From Heterodontus francisci (Eukaryota), in assembly GCF_036365525.1 (NCBI RefSeq), contig NW_027140807.1:1550001-1614000 (forward strand): DNA of 64,000 bases, given 5' to 3'. The translations under genes were made by a program, and so were the position numbers. Shown here one piece after another: positions 49,938 to 62,620 of this stretch (within the stretch, counting starts at the first letter, position 1; each line of letters begins with the position of its first letter). The notes beneath the pieces are model-generated. The model had not been told where the DNA came from and did no database searches. It saw nothing but the letters and a program-made list of their open reading frames with translations.

Positions 49938-51990
49938 GATTTCTTCATTCGATACTAACTCGATGTGTGAACGTGTGGAGTTTTCAACAACACACTTGCA
50001 GGCGGTTTCTATATTGTATCCAATTAAATACCCAGCATCCGGTTGTCATTGTGATTGGCAGTCACTTACTGCGACACTCTGCTCCACCCCATTACTTTAC
50101 ATAGCAATGTTGTAGAATGATACAACACAGGAGGATAGGGGGAGATTGAATAGAGGTGTTCACATTTCAGAAAGGGATTTGATAGAGTAGAATTCAGGGA
50201 AACAACCCTCTGTACCCAAAGAGTGTGCCCATCCCTTATTGCCCTTGAGAAGGTGGTGGTGAACCATCTTCGGGAATGCCTGCTGGGCAGTTAATAGTCA
50301 ACAACATTGCTGTTGGTCTGGAGGCACATATAGGCCAGACCGGGTAAGAACGGCATATTTCACTATGTTCACTATGGAGAAGGATGATGTAGGTGTAGAT
50401 ATCGGGGAGGGGGGTTGTGATATACTTGAACATATTAGCTTTTAAAGGGAGGAGCATTAGCTGTTTTAGCAGTCTTAAAAGTGGATAAGACCGCAGCCCG
50501 GATGAGACATATCCCAGGCTGTTATGTGAGGCAAGGGAGGAGATTTCAGGGCCTCTGACACAAATTTTCAATTCCCCTCTGGCCACAGGAGTGGTCTCAG
50601 AGGACTGGAGGACAGCGAATGTTGTACCATTATTCAAGAAGGACACTTGTGCTCTTCTGAGCTCGCTGTCAGGAGGCAGGTGTCCCAGAGATGAAGTTAT
50701 CTGGAGAGGGATCTCGCCTTTGAACAGTGTGAAACAGCGCTCAGATGGTTAAGGGTTCCGAGCTGAGTTAGTTCCTGTTCATTGGGGGGTTGTTCGACTC
50801 TGTGTAGTGAAAGTTAGAGGGAGATTAACCAGACTGGTACCAGGGATGAGGGAGTTCAATTACTGTGGAGAGACTGGAGAAGCTGGGGGTTTCTCTCCTG
50901 AGAGCAGAGAAGGTTAATGGTAGATGTGATACAGATATTGAAGATGATAAAAGATTTTGATAGATAATTGATGACAAACCACATCATCTACTGGTCAATG
51001 TATAGAAAATCCTGGAAAAGACGGTCATTCATTATATTGGTGCAGCATGTTTAATTAGTTCATACAAAGTGTAATCACCCAAAGATAGAGTTGGATAGAT
51101 AGAGAGACAGAGAGATAGATCACCAGGTAGAGAGATAGATTGATATCGAGAGAGGTAGAGAAATAGAGAGTTGGAGGGAAAGTCAGACAGGTAGAGAAAT
51201 AGCGAGCTACAAAGAGAGACAGTCACTGCCCCAGTAAAAGACAGGAATGTTAATTCGCATTCTACCATTTTACGCCAGCTTTGCAGCCAGTGGTAGAGTG
51301 GGGAATAGAGAGAGAGGGAGCGAGAGAGATGGAGAGAGTGGGATGGAGAGAGAGGGATGGAGACAGAGGGATGGTTAGAGAGGAATGGAGAGAGAGGGAT
51401 GGAGAGAGAGGGATGGAGCGAGAGGGATGGAGAGAGGGAGCGACAGAAAGTTATTGATAAGTCACGAACTCATTGAAGGGCGGAGTGTTTTCGAGGTGAA
51501 GAATGTTCTCCTTGTGTTCCCAGGTCACTGTTAAAGTGTGTTCCAGACTCTGATGTTTACCAGGGTCCTACAGCGCACTCTGCTGTCCCTTTGGAGAAAG
51601 AGAACGCAGTGAAATAAAACCACACCGTATCCATCTATCTGTCTATCTGACTGTCTGTCTGTCTGTCTGTTTTTATCTGATCTTCATTCCAGATATTAAA
51701 ATCTTTAATAATCTCTCTTAGACCGCTTAAAGTTTACTCTTGTCTTCTCCTTTCTGGAGAAATAATCCCCCGATGTTCAAACTTTCTTGATAACTTTAAC
51801 CTCTGTGTTCTGATATCATTCCTGTAAAGTCTATTTCACAATTCCCCTGTGTTTCAATATCTAACCACTCAATTTCTATTTAAATCCGCCCTGTCTTCTT
51901 GTGAAAAACATGTTCCCAATGATAAAAACACCCAACAGGACGCAGCACCGCCTGGTTTTATCTGAAACAGGTATTTCCTGCTGCCTTTGG

Positions 51991-52018
51991 GGTTTTTCTT
52001 GAACTCTGAGTCACTGTG
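51991..52018 (-). other. 12-bp-spacer RSS of V18
   Basis: CACAGTG-ACTCAGAGTTCA(12)-AGAAAAACC. Confidence 0.9.
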
Positions 52019-52474
52019 AAGACTCCAGGCACAGAAATACACGGCCGAGTGATTCTCCCACAGGCTGGAGGACTCCAGGTTGAACTCGTACTCATTCGGT
52101 CTCTCGGCGGTGAAACCATCCACCGTCCCCTCTGGATCCACATAGTTAGCAATACTGGAGTAAAACATCAACAGCGGCTCCTTCCCCGGCTCTTGTCTGT
52201 ACCAGTACATGTTGAAGTTACTGCGGCTCCCCTTCACAGTGCACCTCAGTTCCACTCCTTTCCCGGGAAATCTGGAGACAGCGGCGGGAGTCTGGCTGAT
52301 AGTCTGTGAGTTCACATCTGGGAGAGAGATGGAGAGAGGAGGAGATCAGTAAACAGGGAGCATCTGGGAATGAAAGGGAGACAGGGAGAGGAGAGGAAGG
52401 TTATTAACGATAATCTTTGCATTTCACACTCACATACAATGAAACAGGATTATCAGACACAGTAACTGATACAT
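52019..52474 (-). CDS. TRBV: V18: TRBV (family C), intact ORF carrying a 12-spacer RSS; duplicate of V5
   Basis: Leader 52438-52474 (GTATGT donor); V exon 52019-52317 open to YFCAWSL. Confidence 0.9.
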
Positions 52475-53525
52475 CTTTCACTTCAACTTGTTCTCTTGAT
52501 AGACACAGGAGTGAGAGCAGGAGCTTAGAGTCTTGTGAAGGTCCAAATCCACTCTTTACAAATCATTGGGAGGAACATGAAGAGCATTAGGAAGTGATAC
52601 AATGTTGGAGACGCCCATTCCCCCAGGTCAACAAATCAGAATTGTATTATCTGCCAATCTGCTTCTCTCTCTCTCTCTCTCTCTCTCTGTCCCCCTCTCT
52701 ATCTCAGTCTCTCTGTCCCCCTCTCTCTCTCTCAGTCTCTCTGTCTCACTCTCACTGTCTCAGTCTCTCTATCCCCCTCTCTGTCTCAGGCTCTCTCTCT
52801 CTCACTCTCTCTGTTTCAGTCTCTCTGTCCGCCTCTCTCTCTCAGTCGATCTGTTTCAGTCTCTCTGACCCCTCTCTGTCTCAGTANNNNNNNNNNNNNN
52901 NNNNNNNNNNNNNNNNNNNNNNNNNNNNNNNNNNNNNNNNNNNNNNNNNNNNNNNNNNNNNNNNNNNNNNNNNNNNNNNNNNNNNNNNNNNNNNNNNNNN
53001 NNNNNNNNNNNNNNNNNTTCAGTCTGTTGTCTCTGTCAGTTTTCCTCTAAATCTCGTTCTGACCCTCTCTCACACACTCGGTCTCCCTTTCTTTGTCTCT
53101 CTCACTGTGTGTGTGTATATACCTCTCTAAGGTGATGAATGTCCTTCTCCTGTCCATGTGTATGATGCTGGAGGGCTGGATGACCTCTGCCTCTTCCTGT
53201 TTTCCTATTAAATGTTTTACAGGCCATTGTGTATTCATGGTCCTAGAGCACCCTCAGTTAACCATATAGAGGAAGAAAACTCAGTGTCAGTGCAGTAAAA
53301 CTCAAGTCGTTTTATAGTTAATTCTTCCTGATAGTTACACCTCAGATCTGGTGTTATCCTTGTTAATTGTTCTTTGCACATTCTCTACTACCTGTATATC
53401 TAATCTCTCACTACCACTCAAACCCATCTCTTCTTGTTATCATGAACACTTTCTCTCTGCAAAACGAAAGAAGTTCGAGGCTCCGAGCAGTTTTATCCTC
53501 CACAGGTGTTTCCTGCTGCCTTTAG

Positions 53526-53564
53526 GGTTTTTGTTGAACTGCTCCATCTCTCTGAGTCACTGTG
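53526..53564 (-). other. 23-RSS of V19
   Basis: CACAGTG-23-ACAAAAACC. Confidence 0.95.
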
Positions 53565-54049
53565 AAGACTCCAGGCACAGAAATACACGGCCGAGTGATT
53601 CTCCCGCAGGCTGGAGGACTCCAGATTGAACTCGGAGTCTGTCGGTCTCTCGGCGGTGAAACCCTCCACCGTCCCCTCTGAGTTCTCCCTTTGTGCAGTT
53701 AGGGAGTGAAACATCAGCTGCGGCTCCTTCCCCGGGTATTGTCTGTACCAGTACATGTAAGGGTTACTGGTGCCATCCACGGTGCATTTCAGCTTCACCT
53801 GCTCCTCAGAAAATTTGGAGACAGAGGCGGGAGTCTGGTGGATGGTCTGTGAGTTCACATCTGGGAAAGAGACAGGGAGAGGAGGAGATCAATAAACAGG
53901 GAAATTCAGTCCAGTGGGGAGAGAGAAAGAGAGAGAAGAAGAGAACGAAATAAATAAAACCATATCCTAAAGAAATGTTAAGTAGAATTATTGTTTCAAT
54001 AAAATTCCTTACGGTGAAACAGGGTGATCAGAGTCAGCAACAGATACAT
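53565..54049 (-). CDS. TRBV: V19: TRBV (family C), intact; duplicate of V6
   Basis: Leader 54013-54049; V exon 53565-53860 open. Confidence 0.92.
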
Positions 54050-55845
54050 CTTTTACTTTAAGCTGCCTTCTGAATCTGTAAAGGGGAGAGAGCAGGAGTG
54101 ATGAGTGTTGTTAATAACCAACCCACTCTTTACAAATCATTGGGAGGAACAGGGAGAGCATTAGGAAGTGATGCAGAGATGGTGACGTTCATTTCCCACA
54201 TCAACAAATGAGAATCGAGTTGGTTGCCAATGACCCACTTTCTCTCTCTCTCTCTGTCTCTCCCTGTCCTTTACTTGTGATGCTCCTTTCTTCCTCTCTG
54301 TCTCTCTTCTGTGCCTCCCTATATGTCTCAGTCTGTTTATTTCAGTCTCTCTCTCACNNNNNNNNNNNNNNNNNNNNNNNNNNNNNNNNNNNNNNNNNNN
54401 NNNNNNNNNNNNNNNNNNNNNNNNNNNNNNNNNNNNNNNNNNNNNNNNNNNNNNNNNNNNNNNNNNNNNNNNNNNNNNNNNNNNNNNNNNNNNNNNNNNN
54501 NNNNNNNNNNNNNCCTTCTCCTGGTCATGGATATCAACCTGGAGGACTGTATGATCTCCCACTGTTTCAGTTTTCCTGTGAACTCCTTCTCAAAAGCCAT
54601 TGTACATCACATGGTCCTGGAGCGTCCTCAGCTGTCCCTGCGGTGAAAACATACACAGTGTCAGTCTATAACAGCCCCAGTCCTTTTATTGTTATTCATT
54701 CCTGATAGTTACAATCCTGAGATCACGGGATATTCTTATTCAATGAGCTGGAAGATGAATGGGCACGGATACAAAGCTGTGCATGTGTGTGCGTGTGTTT
54801 TTCACTCGCTCTGTCTTTAGTTAACTGTCTCCCTCTGTTTTACTGCTTGCTGTCTTTCTCTCCCTGTTTCATTCTGTGTGTGTGTGTGTCTGTCTCCCAA
54901 TCTGTCTCACTCTCTTCCTCTGTGTTTTTTTTGCTTTTCTCTCGCACTTCCTTCTTCCCCCTCTCTGTCCTCCTCTCTCTCCTCTGTCTGTCTCTCTGTC
55001 TCAGTCGCTTTCCCTCAGTCGCTTTCTCTCTGTCTCTCTCTCAGTCTCTCTCTCTCTGTCTCTGTCTCTCTCTCTCTCTGTCTCTCTCTCACTCTCTGTC
55101 TCTCTCTGTCTCTCAGTCTCTCTCTCTCAGTCTCCCTCACTGTTTCTCTGTCTCAGTCTCTCTGTCTCAGTCTCTTCCTCTGTGTTTTTTGTTCTCCCTC
55201 TCTCTCTTTCTTGTTCCCCCTCTCTGTCCTCCTCGCTCTCCTCTCTCTTCTCCTGTCTGTCTCAATCTCTCTTTCTCAGTCTCTCTCTCTCAGTCTCTCT
55301 CAGTCTCTCTCTGTCTCAGTCCCAGTCTCTCTGTCTCAGTCTCTCTGTCTCTGTCAGTTTTCCTCTCAATCTTGTTCTATCCCTCTCTCACACACTCGGT
55401 CTCCCTCTCTTTGTCTCTCTCGTTGAGTGCGTGTGTATCCCTCTCAAAGGTGATGAATGTGCTTCTCCTGTCAATGTGTATGAAGCTCGAGGGCTGTATG
55501 ATCTCTGCCTCTTTCTGTTTTCCTATTAAATGTTTGCCAGGCCATTGTGTATTCATGGTCCTAGAGCACCCTCTGTTAACCCTACAGAGGAGGACAACTC
55601 AGTGTCAATGCAGAAGAACTCAAGTCGTTTTTGTAGTTGATATTTCCTGATAGTTAGAACCTCAGATCTGGTGTTATCCTTGTCAATTGTTCTTTGCACA
55701 TTCTCTACTACCTGTATATCTAATCTCTCACTACCACTCTGACCCATCTCTTCTTGTTATCATAAACACTTTCGCTCTGCAAAACGAAAGAAATTCGAGG
55801 CTTCGGGCAGTTTTACCCTCCACAGGTGTTTCCTGCTGCCTTTGG

Positions 55846-55884
55846 GGTTTTTGTTGAACTGCTCCAACTCTCTGAGTCACTGTG
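55846..55884 (-). other. 23-RSS of V20
   Basis: CACAGTG-23-ACAAAAACC. Confidence 0.95.
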
Positions 55885-56359
55885 ATCTCTCCAGGCACAG
55901 AAATACACGGCCGAGTGATTCTCCCGCAGGCTGGAGGGCTCCAGATTGAACTGGGAGCTAGTCGGTCTCTCGGCGGTGAAACCGTCCACCGCCTTCTCCG
56001 GATTTATGTGATCAGTACCTGTGGAGTAAAACATAAACTGTGGCTCCTTCCCCGGGTATTGTCTGTACCAGAACATGTCAGGGTTACTGCTGCCCTGCAC
56101 GGTGCATTTCAACTTCACCTGCTCCTCAGAAAATTTGGAGACAGCGGCGGGAGTCTGGTGGATATTCTATGAGTTCACATCTGGGAAAGAGACAGGGAGA
56201 GGAGGAGATCAGTAAACAGGAAAATTCAGTCCAGTGGGGAGAGAGAAAGAGAGAAATAAATAAATAAAAACATCACCTAAAGAAATGTTAAGTAGAATTA
56301 TTGTTTCAATAAAATGCCTTACGGTGAAACAGGGTGATCAGAGTCAGTAACAGATACAT
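55885..56359 (-). pseudogene. TRBV: V20: TRBV pseudogene (family C), early TAG; duplicate of V7
   Basis: Leader 56323-56359; V exon 55885-56180; GTG AAC TCA TAG (stop at 56167-56169) instead of CAG. Confidence 0.88.
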
Positions 56360-58121
56360 CATTTACTTTAAGCTGCCTTCTGAATCAGCAAAGGGGAGAG
56401 AGCAGGAGTGATGAGTGTTGTCAATAACCAACCCACTCTTTACAAATCATTGGGAGGAACAGGAAGAGCATTAGGAAGTGATGCAGAGATGGTGACGCCC
56501 AGGTAAACAAGTCAGAGTGGAGTAGGTTGACAATGTCTCTCTCTCTCTATCTGCATACATCCAGCTTTATGTCTACAACTCTTTCACTCTCTTTCTCTCT
56601 CTGTATCTGTGTGTGTTTGTGTGTGTGTGCATCTTTCTGTCTCTGTCTCCCTCTGTCCCGTTCATTTCCACTGAGCTTTTCCTCACGACGTCTCCCTGAT
56701 TCACCTTCTCTGTCTCTGTGTTTCATCACCGGATTGATTGAGAACCAGAGGTCACTTATTGATGGTAATTGGCAGAAGATCCAAAGGTGAACTGAGGAAA
56801 CCTTTTGACACAGTGAATGGTTAGGATCTGGAATGCACTACCTGAGAGTGCGGGGGAGGCAGTTTCAATCGTCGCTTTCAAAAGGAAATTTGAATAATTA
56901 TGTGTAAGGAAAAATGTGCAGTGTTATGTAGAAAGGGCAGGGGGAGTGGGACTAGCTGCAGAGACCAAGTACAGCAACAGGCTAACAGCATTGTGGAACA
57001 TCCTGCATTCAGGCTGCAAGTGTGACCCTGAGATTCTGGTTAGCGGATACTTTTAATTCTCATTCCCACTCCCACCTCTCTGTACTCGACCTCCTTCTCT
57101 GCTCCAGTGAAGTTCAACAGAAACTCGAAGAAAAGCACATCATCTTTCAATTGGATACTTTGCAGCTTTCTGGGCTCAACAGTGAGTTAAACAATTTCTG
57201 ATCGTAACAACTGCTCCGGTTTATATGGGCAGAGGTTTGTTGGTAATAATTGTGTTTCTGCTACTTTCACCTCCTCTAGACCCATCTCTTGTTCTTTACT
57301 TGACCCATTAACTTCCCCTTTGTCTTGCACCAGCCTCAGTTTTGTTATTAAATCTCTCCTGCATTCCTCCCATTCTCCCTCTCCCTGGCTTTCTGCTGCT
57401 TAAAAGCTGATAGATCACTAAATCCTTCCAGTTCTGTTGAAAGGTCTACGACCTGATATGTTAATGTTTTGTCTCTCTCCACAGAGGCTGTCTGACCTGA
57501 TTAGTATTTCCATCCTTATTTATTTATAACCCAGAAACACAATGAGCTCCAAGACAGTGACAGAGCGCCCAGAACCGAAACCATCCAGCATCTGCGGTAC
57601 CTTGTGTTCAGTTCACCAGACTGTAACCGGGATGTAGTTCTATAATTATCAGGAGAGGTTCATAGACATGTTTCAAAGTCCCTATTGAAACATCATCAAT
57701 AATCTGATACTTATCACGGTCCTACACCGCCCTCTGCTGTCGCTGTGGATAAAGACAACATTGTCAGTGAATAAAACACAACTTTGTCTGTCTGCCTACG
57801 AGCTATCTATCGACCTATCTCCCTACCTATCTGATCTTCACTTCACACATTAAACCCTTTTATAATCTTTCTAAGAACTATGAATGTTCACCCTTCAGTC
57901 TTCTCCTTTCTGGAGCAAAGATGTTCAAACTATCTTTGTTCCGATATCATTATTGTGAAGTCTATTTCACAATTCCCCTGTGCTTCTATTTCTAACCTCT
58001 CACTTTCTGTTTAAATCCGCCCTGTCTTCTTGTGAAAAACACTTTTCCAATGCCAAAAACAACTAACAGGACGCAGCACCGCCTGGTTTTATCTGAAACA
58101 GGTGTTTCCTGCTGCCTTTGG

Positions 58122-58610
58122 GGTTTTTGTTGAACTGCTCCATCTCTCACTGTGAAGACTCCAGGCACAGAAATACACGGCCGAGTGATTCTCACGCAGG
58201 CTGGAGGACTCCAGTTTGAACTCGTACTTATTAATTTTCTCGGCGGTAAAACCTTTCCCCGTCCCCTCTGGATCCACATAGTTAGCAAAACTGGAGTAAA
58301 ACATCAACAGCGGCTCCTTCCCCGGGTGTTGTCTGTATCAGTACATGGAGATGCTACTGCTGCTCCCCTTGACAGTGCACATCAGTTCTACTCCTTTCCC
58401 GGGAAATCTGGAGACAGCGGTGGGAGTCTGGTGGATAGTCTGTCAGTTCACATCTGGGACAGAGATGGACAGAGGAGGAGATCAGTAAACAGGGAATTTC
58501 TGGGAATGAAAGGGAGACAGGGAGAGGAGAGGAAGGTTATTAACGATAATCTTTGTATTTCATGCTCACTTACAGTGAAACAGGATTATCAGACCCATTA
58601 ACAGATACAT
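58122..58610 (-). pseudogene. TRBV: V21: TRBV pseudogene (family C): two stops, 17-bp RSS spacer, truncated promoter
   Basis: Leader 58574-58610; V exon 58155-58453; TGA at 58443-58445 and 58338-58340; RSS CACAGTG-17-ACAAAAACC at 58122-58154. Confidence 0.9.
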
Positions 58611-58727
58611 CTTTCACTGTAACTTGTTCTCTTAATAGACACAGGAGTGACAGTAGGAGCTTAGAGTCTTGTGAAGGTCCAAATCCACTCTTTACAAATC
58701 TTTCCTGCTGCCTTTGGTGTTTTTGTT

Positions 58728-60357
58728 ATTAGAATTAGAATTAGCACATTACAGCGCAGTACAGGCCCTTCGGCCCTCGATGTTGCGCCGACCTGTGAAA
58801 CCATCTGACCTACACTATTCCATTTTCATCCATATGTCTATCCAATGACCACTTAAATGCCCTTAAAGTTGGCGAGTCCACTACTGTTGCAGGCAGGGCG
58901 TTCCACGCCCCTACTACTCTCTGTGTAAAGAAACTACCTCTGACATCTGTCCTATATCTATCACCCCTCAACTTAAAGCTATGTTCCCTCGTGTTTGCCA
59001 TCACCATCCGAGGAAAAAGACTCTCACTATCCACCCTATCTAACCCTCTGATTATCTTACATGTCTCTATTAAGTCACCTCTCCTCCTCCTTCTCTCCAA
59101 CGAGAACAACCTCAAGTCCCTCAACATTTCCTCGTAGGACCTTCCCTCCATACCAGGCAACATCCTAGTAAATCTCCTCTGCACCCTTTCCATAGCTTCC
59201 ACATCCTTCCGATAATGCGGTGACCAGAACTGCACGCAATACTCCAGGTGCAGTCTCACCAGAGTTTTGTACAGCTGCAGCATGACCTCGTGGCTCCGAA
59301 ACTCGATCCCCCTACTAATAAAAGCTAACACACCATATGCCTTCTTAACAGCCCTATTAACCTGGGTAACAACCTTCAGGGATTTATGCACCTGGACACC
59401 AAGATCTCTCTGTTCATCTACACTACCAAGAATCTTCCCATTAGCCCAGTACTCTGCATTCCTGTTACTCCTTCCAAAGTGAATCACCTCGCACTTTTCC
59501 GCATTAAACTCCATTTGCCATCTCTCAGCCCAGCTCTGCAGCCTATCTATGTCCCGCTGTAACCTACAACATCCTTCGGCACTATCCACAACTCCACCGA
59601 CCTTAGTGTCATCTGCAAATTTACTAACCCACCCTTCTACACCCAATCCAGGTCATTTATATAAATGACAAACAGCAGTGGCCCCAAAACAGATCCTTGC
59701 GGTACACCACTAGTAACTAAACTTCAGGATGAACATTTGCCATTAACCACCACCCTCTGTCTTCTTTCAGCTAGCCAATTTCTGATCCAAAGCTCGAAAT
59801 CCCCTTCAACCCCATACTTCCGTATTTTCTGCAATAGCCTACCGTGGGGAACCTGATCAAACGCCTTACTGAAATCCATATAGACCACATCCACGGCTTT
59901 ACCCTCATCCACTTGTTTGGTCACCTTCTCGAAAAACTCAATAAGGTTTGTGAGGCACGACTTACCCGTCACAAAACCGTGCTGACAATCGCTAATGAAC
60001 TTATTCTTTTCAAGATGATTATAAATCCTGTCTCTTATAACCTTTTCCAACATTTTACCCACAACCGAAGTAAGGCTCACAGGTCTATAATTACCAGGGC
60101 TGTCTCTACTCCCCTTCTTGAACAAGGGGACAACATCTGCTATCCTCCAGTCTTCCAGCACTATTCCTGTCGACAATGACGACATAAAGATCAAGCACAA
60201 AGTCTCTGCAATCTCCTCCCTAGCTTCCCAGAGAATCCTAGGATAAATCCCATCTGGCCCAGGGGATTTATCTATTTTCACACTTTCCAAAATTGATAAC
60301 ACCTCCTCCTTGTGAACCTCAATCCCATCTAGCCGAGTAGCCTGAATCTCAGTATTC
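58728..60357 (-). mobile_element. Young CR1 LINE (~1.6 kb, RT domain nearly intact), same family as 28290-28920
   Basis: ORFs 59724-60302 and 58810-59646 (NYRPVSLTS, YMDFSKAFD, KFADDTK); (ATTCTA)n tail at 58728-58744. Confidence 0.95.
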
Positions 60358-60433
60358 TTCCACTCTGCTAAACGAAAGAAGTTCTAGGCTCCGAGCAGTT
60401 TTATCTTCCACAGGTGTTTCCTGCTGCCTTTGG

Positions 60434-60472
60434 GGTTTTTGTTGAACTGCTCCATCTCTCTGAGTCACTGTG
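60434..60472 (-). other. 23-RSS of V22
   Basis: CACAGTG-23-ACAAAAACC. Confidence 0.95.
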
Positions 60473-60945
60473 AAGACTCCAGGCACAGAAATACACGGCC
60501 GAGTGATCCTCCCGCAGGCTGGAGGACTCCAGGTTGAAGTCGAAGTTACTCGGTCTCTCGGCGGTGAAACCGTCCACCATCCCCTCTGATTTCACGTTTT
60601 GTGCAGCGATAGAGTAAAACATCATCTGCGGCTCCTTCCCCGGGTATTGTCTGTACCAGTACATGTATAGGATACTGGTGCTGCTGCGCTGCACAGTGCA
60701 CTTCAGTTCCACTCTCTCACCAGGCAATTTAGAGACAGCGGTGGGAGTCTGGTGGATAGTCTGTGAGTTCACATCTGGGAAAGAGACAGAGAGATCAGTA
60801 AACAGGGACATTCAGTGCCTTGGGGAGAGAGAAGAGAGAGAGAGAATCAAAAATAAATACAACGAAAGAAATGTTAAGTAGAATTATTGTTTCAATATAA
60901 TCCCTTACGGTGAAACAGGGTGATCAGAGTCAGTAACAGATACAT
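60473..60945 (-). CDS. TRBV: V22: TRBV (family C), apparently functional
   Basis: Leader 60909-60945; V exon 60473-60774 open to YFCAWSL. Confidence 0.92.
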
Positions 60946-61254
60946 CTTTTACTTTATGCTGCCCTCTGAATCAGCAAAGAGAAGAGAGCAGGAGTGATGA
61001 GTGTTGTCAATAACCAACCCACTCTTTGCAAATCATTGGGAGGAACAGGGAGAGCATTAGGAAGTGATGCAGAGATGGTGACGCCCAGGTCAACAAATTA
61101 GAGTGGAGTAGGTTGACAACGTCTCTCTCTCTATCTATCTCAATCCGCCTTCCTCTCTCTTTCTTACACTTTGTTTCTATCTCTCTCTCTCTCTCTCTGC
61201 ATGTATCGAGCTTTATGTCTCCAACTCTTTCAATCTCTTTCTCACTCTGTATCT

Positions 61255-61259
<5 letters not shown>

Positions 61260-61298
<39 letters not shown>
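61260..61298. repeat. (GT)n microsatellite
   Basis: Seen directly. Confidence 0.95.
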
Positions 61299-61299
<1 letters not shown>

Positions 61300-62620
61300 G
61301 TTCTCTCTCTGTCTCCCTCTGTCCCGTTCATTTACGCTGGGTTTTTCCTCTCTATGTCTCCCTGATTCACCCTCTCTGTCTCTGTGTTTCATCACCGGAT
61401 GTATTGAGTCCCTGTGCATTGGGGGTTGTTCCCCTCTGTGCAGTGAAGGTGAGAGGGATATTAACCAGACTGGTGCCAGGGATGAGGGACTTCAGTTACT
61501 GTGGAGAGACTGGAGAATGTGGGGGTTTCTCTACTTGCAGCACAGAAGGTTAATGGTAGATGTGATACAGACATTGAAGATCATAGAGGATTTTGATAGA
61601 TAATTGATGACAAACCACATCATCGACTGGTCAATATATAGAAAATCTCTGAAAAGATGGTCATTCATTACATTATTACAGTATGTTTAATCAGTTCATA
61701 CAAACTGTAATCAGCTAAAGATAGAGTTAGATAGATAGCGAGAAAGAGCGATAGATAATCAGGTAGAGAGATAGATAGATAGACAGTCAGGTACACAGAT
61801 AGATATATAGAGAGGTAGAGAAATACAGAGATAGAGGGAAAGTCAGATAGGTAGAGATTTAGCGAGCTAGATAGAGAGGCAGTCACTGCCCATGTAAAAG
61901 ACAGGGATGTTAATTGGCATTCTCTCATTTTACACCGGCTTTGTAGCGAGTGGGAGAGAGAGGGAGGGAGAGAGAGGGAGAGTGGGGATGGAGAAAGAGG
62001 GATGGCGAGAGGGGGAAAGAGGGGGATGGAGAGAGGGATGGAGAAAGAGCAATGGAGAGAGGGAGCGACAGGAAGTTATTGATCATTCCTGATCTCATTG
62101 AAGGTCGGAGTTTTTCCGAGGTGATGAATGGTCTCCTTGTGTTCCCAGGTCACTGTTAAAGTGTGTTGCAGACTCTGATGTTTATCATGGTCCTACAGTG
62201 CACTCTGCTGTCCCTTTGGAGAAAGGAAACACGTGANNNNNNNNNNNNNNNNNNNNNNNNNNNNNNNNNNNNNNNNNNNNNNNNNNNNNNNNNNNNNNNN
62301 NNNNNNNNNNNNNNNNNNNNNNNNNNNNNNNNNNNNNNNNNNNNNNNNNNNNNNNNNNNNNNNNNNNNNNNNNNNNNNNNNCAGTCTTCTCCTTTCTGGA
62401 GCAAAGATCCCCCAATGTTCAAATTAATCTTCATAACTTTAACCTCTGTGTTCATGTTAAGTGTATTTCGCAATTTCCCTGTTCTTCTTTCTAACCTGCG
62501 ACCTTCTATTTAAATCCACCCTGTCTTCTTGCGGAAAACATGATCCCAATGATAAAAACACCCAACAGGACGCAGCACCGCCTGGTTTTATCTAAAACAG
62601 GTGTTTCCTGCTGCCTTTGG

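Larger units (their letters stand above)
39776..57800. repeat. Segmental duplication block B (V14-V20)
   Basis: See block A. Confidence 0.95.

Noticed and set aside
51991-52018. Reading the 12-RSS as belonging to a D or J segment
   Set aside because: It lies directly 3' of a full V exon and derives from the V5-type spacer. There is no FGxG motif or second flanking RSS.
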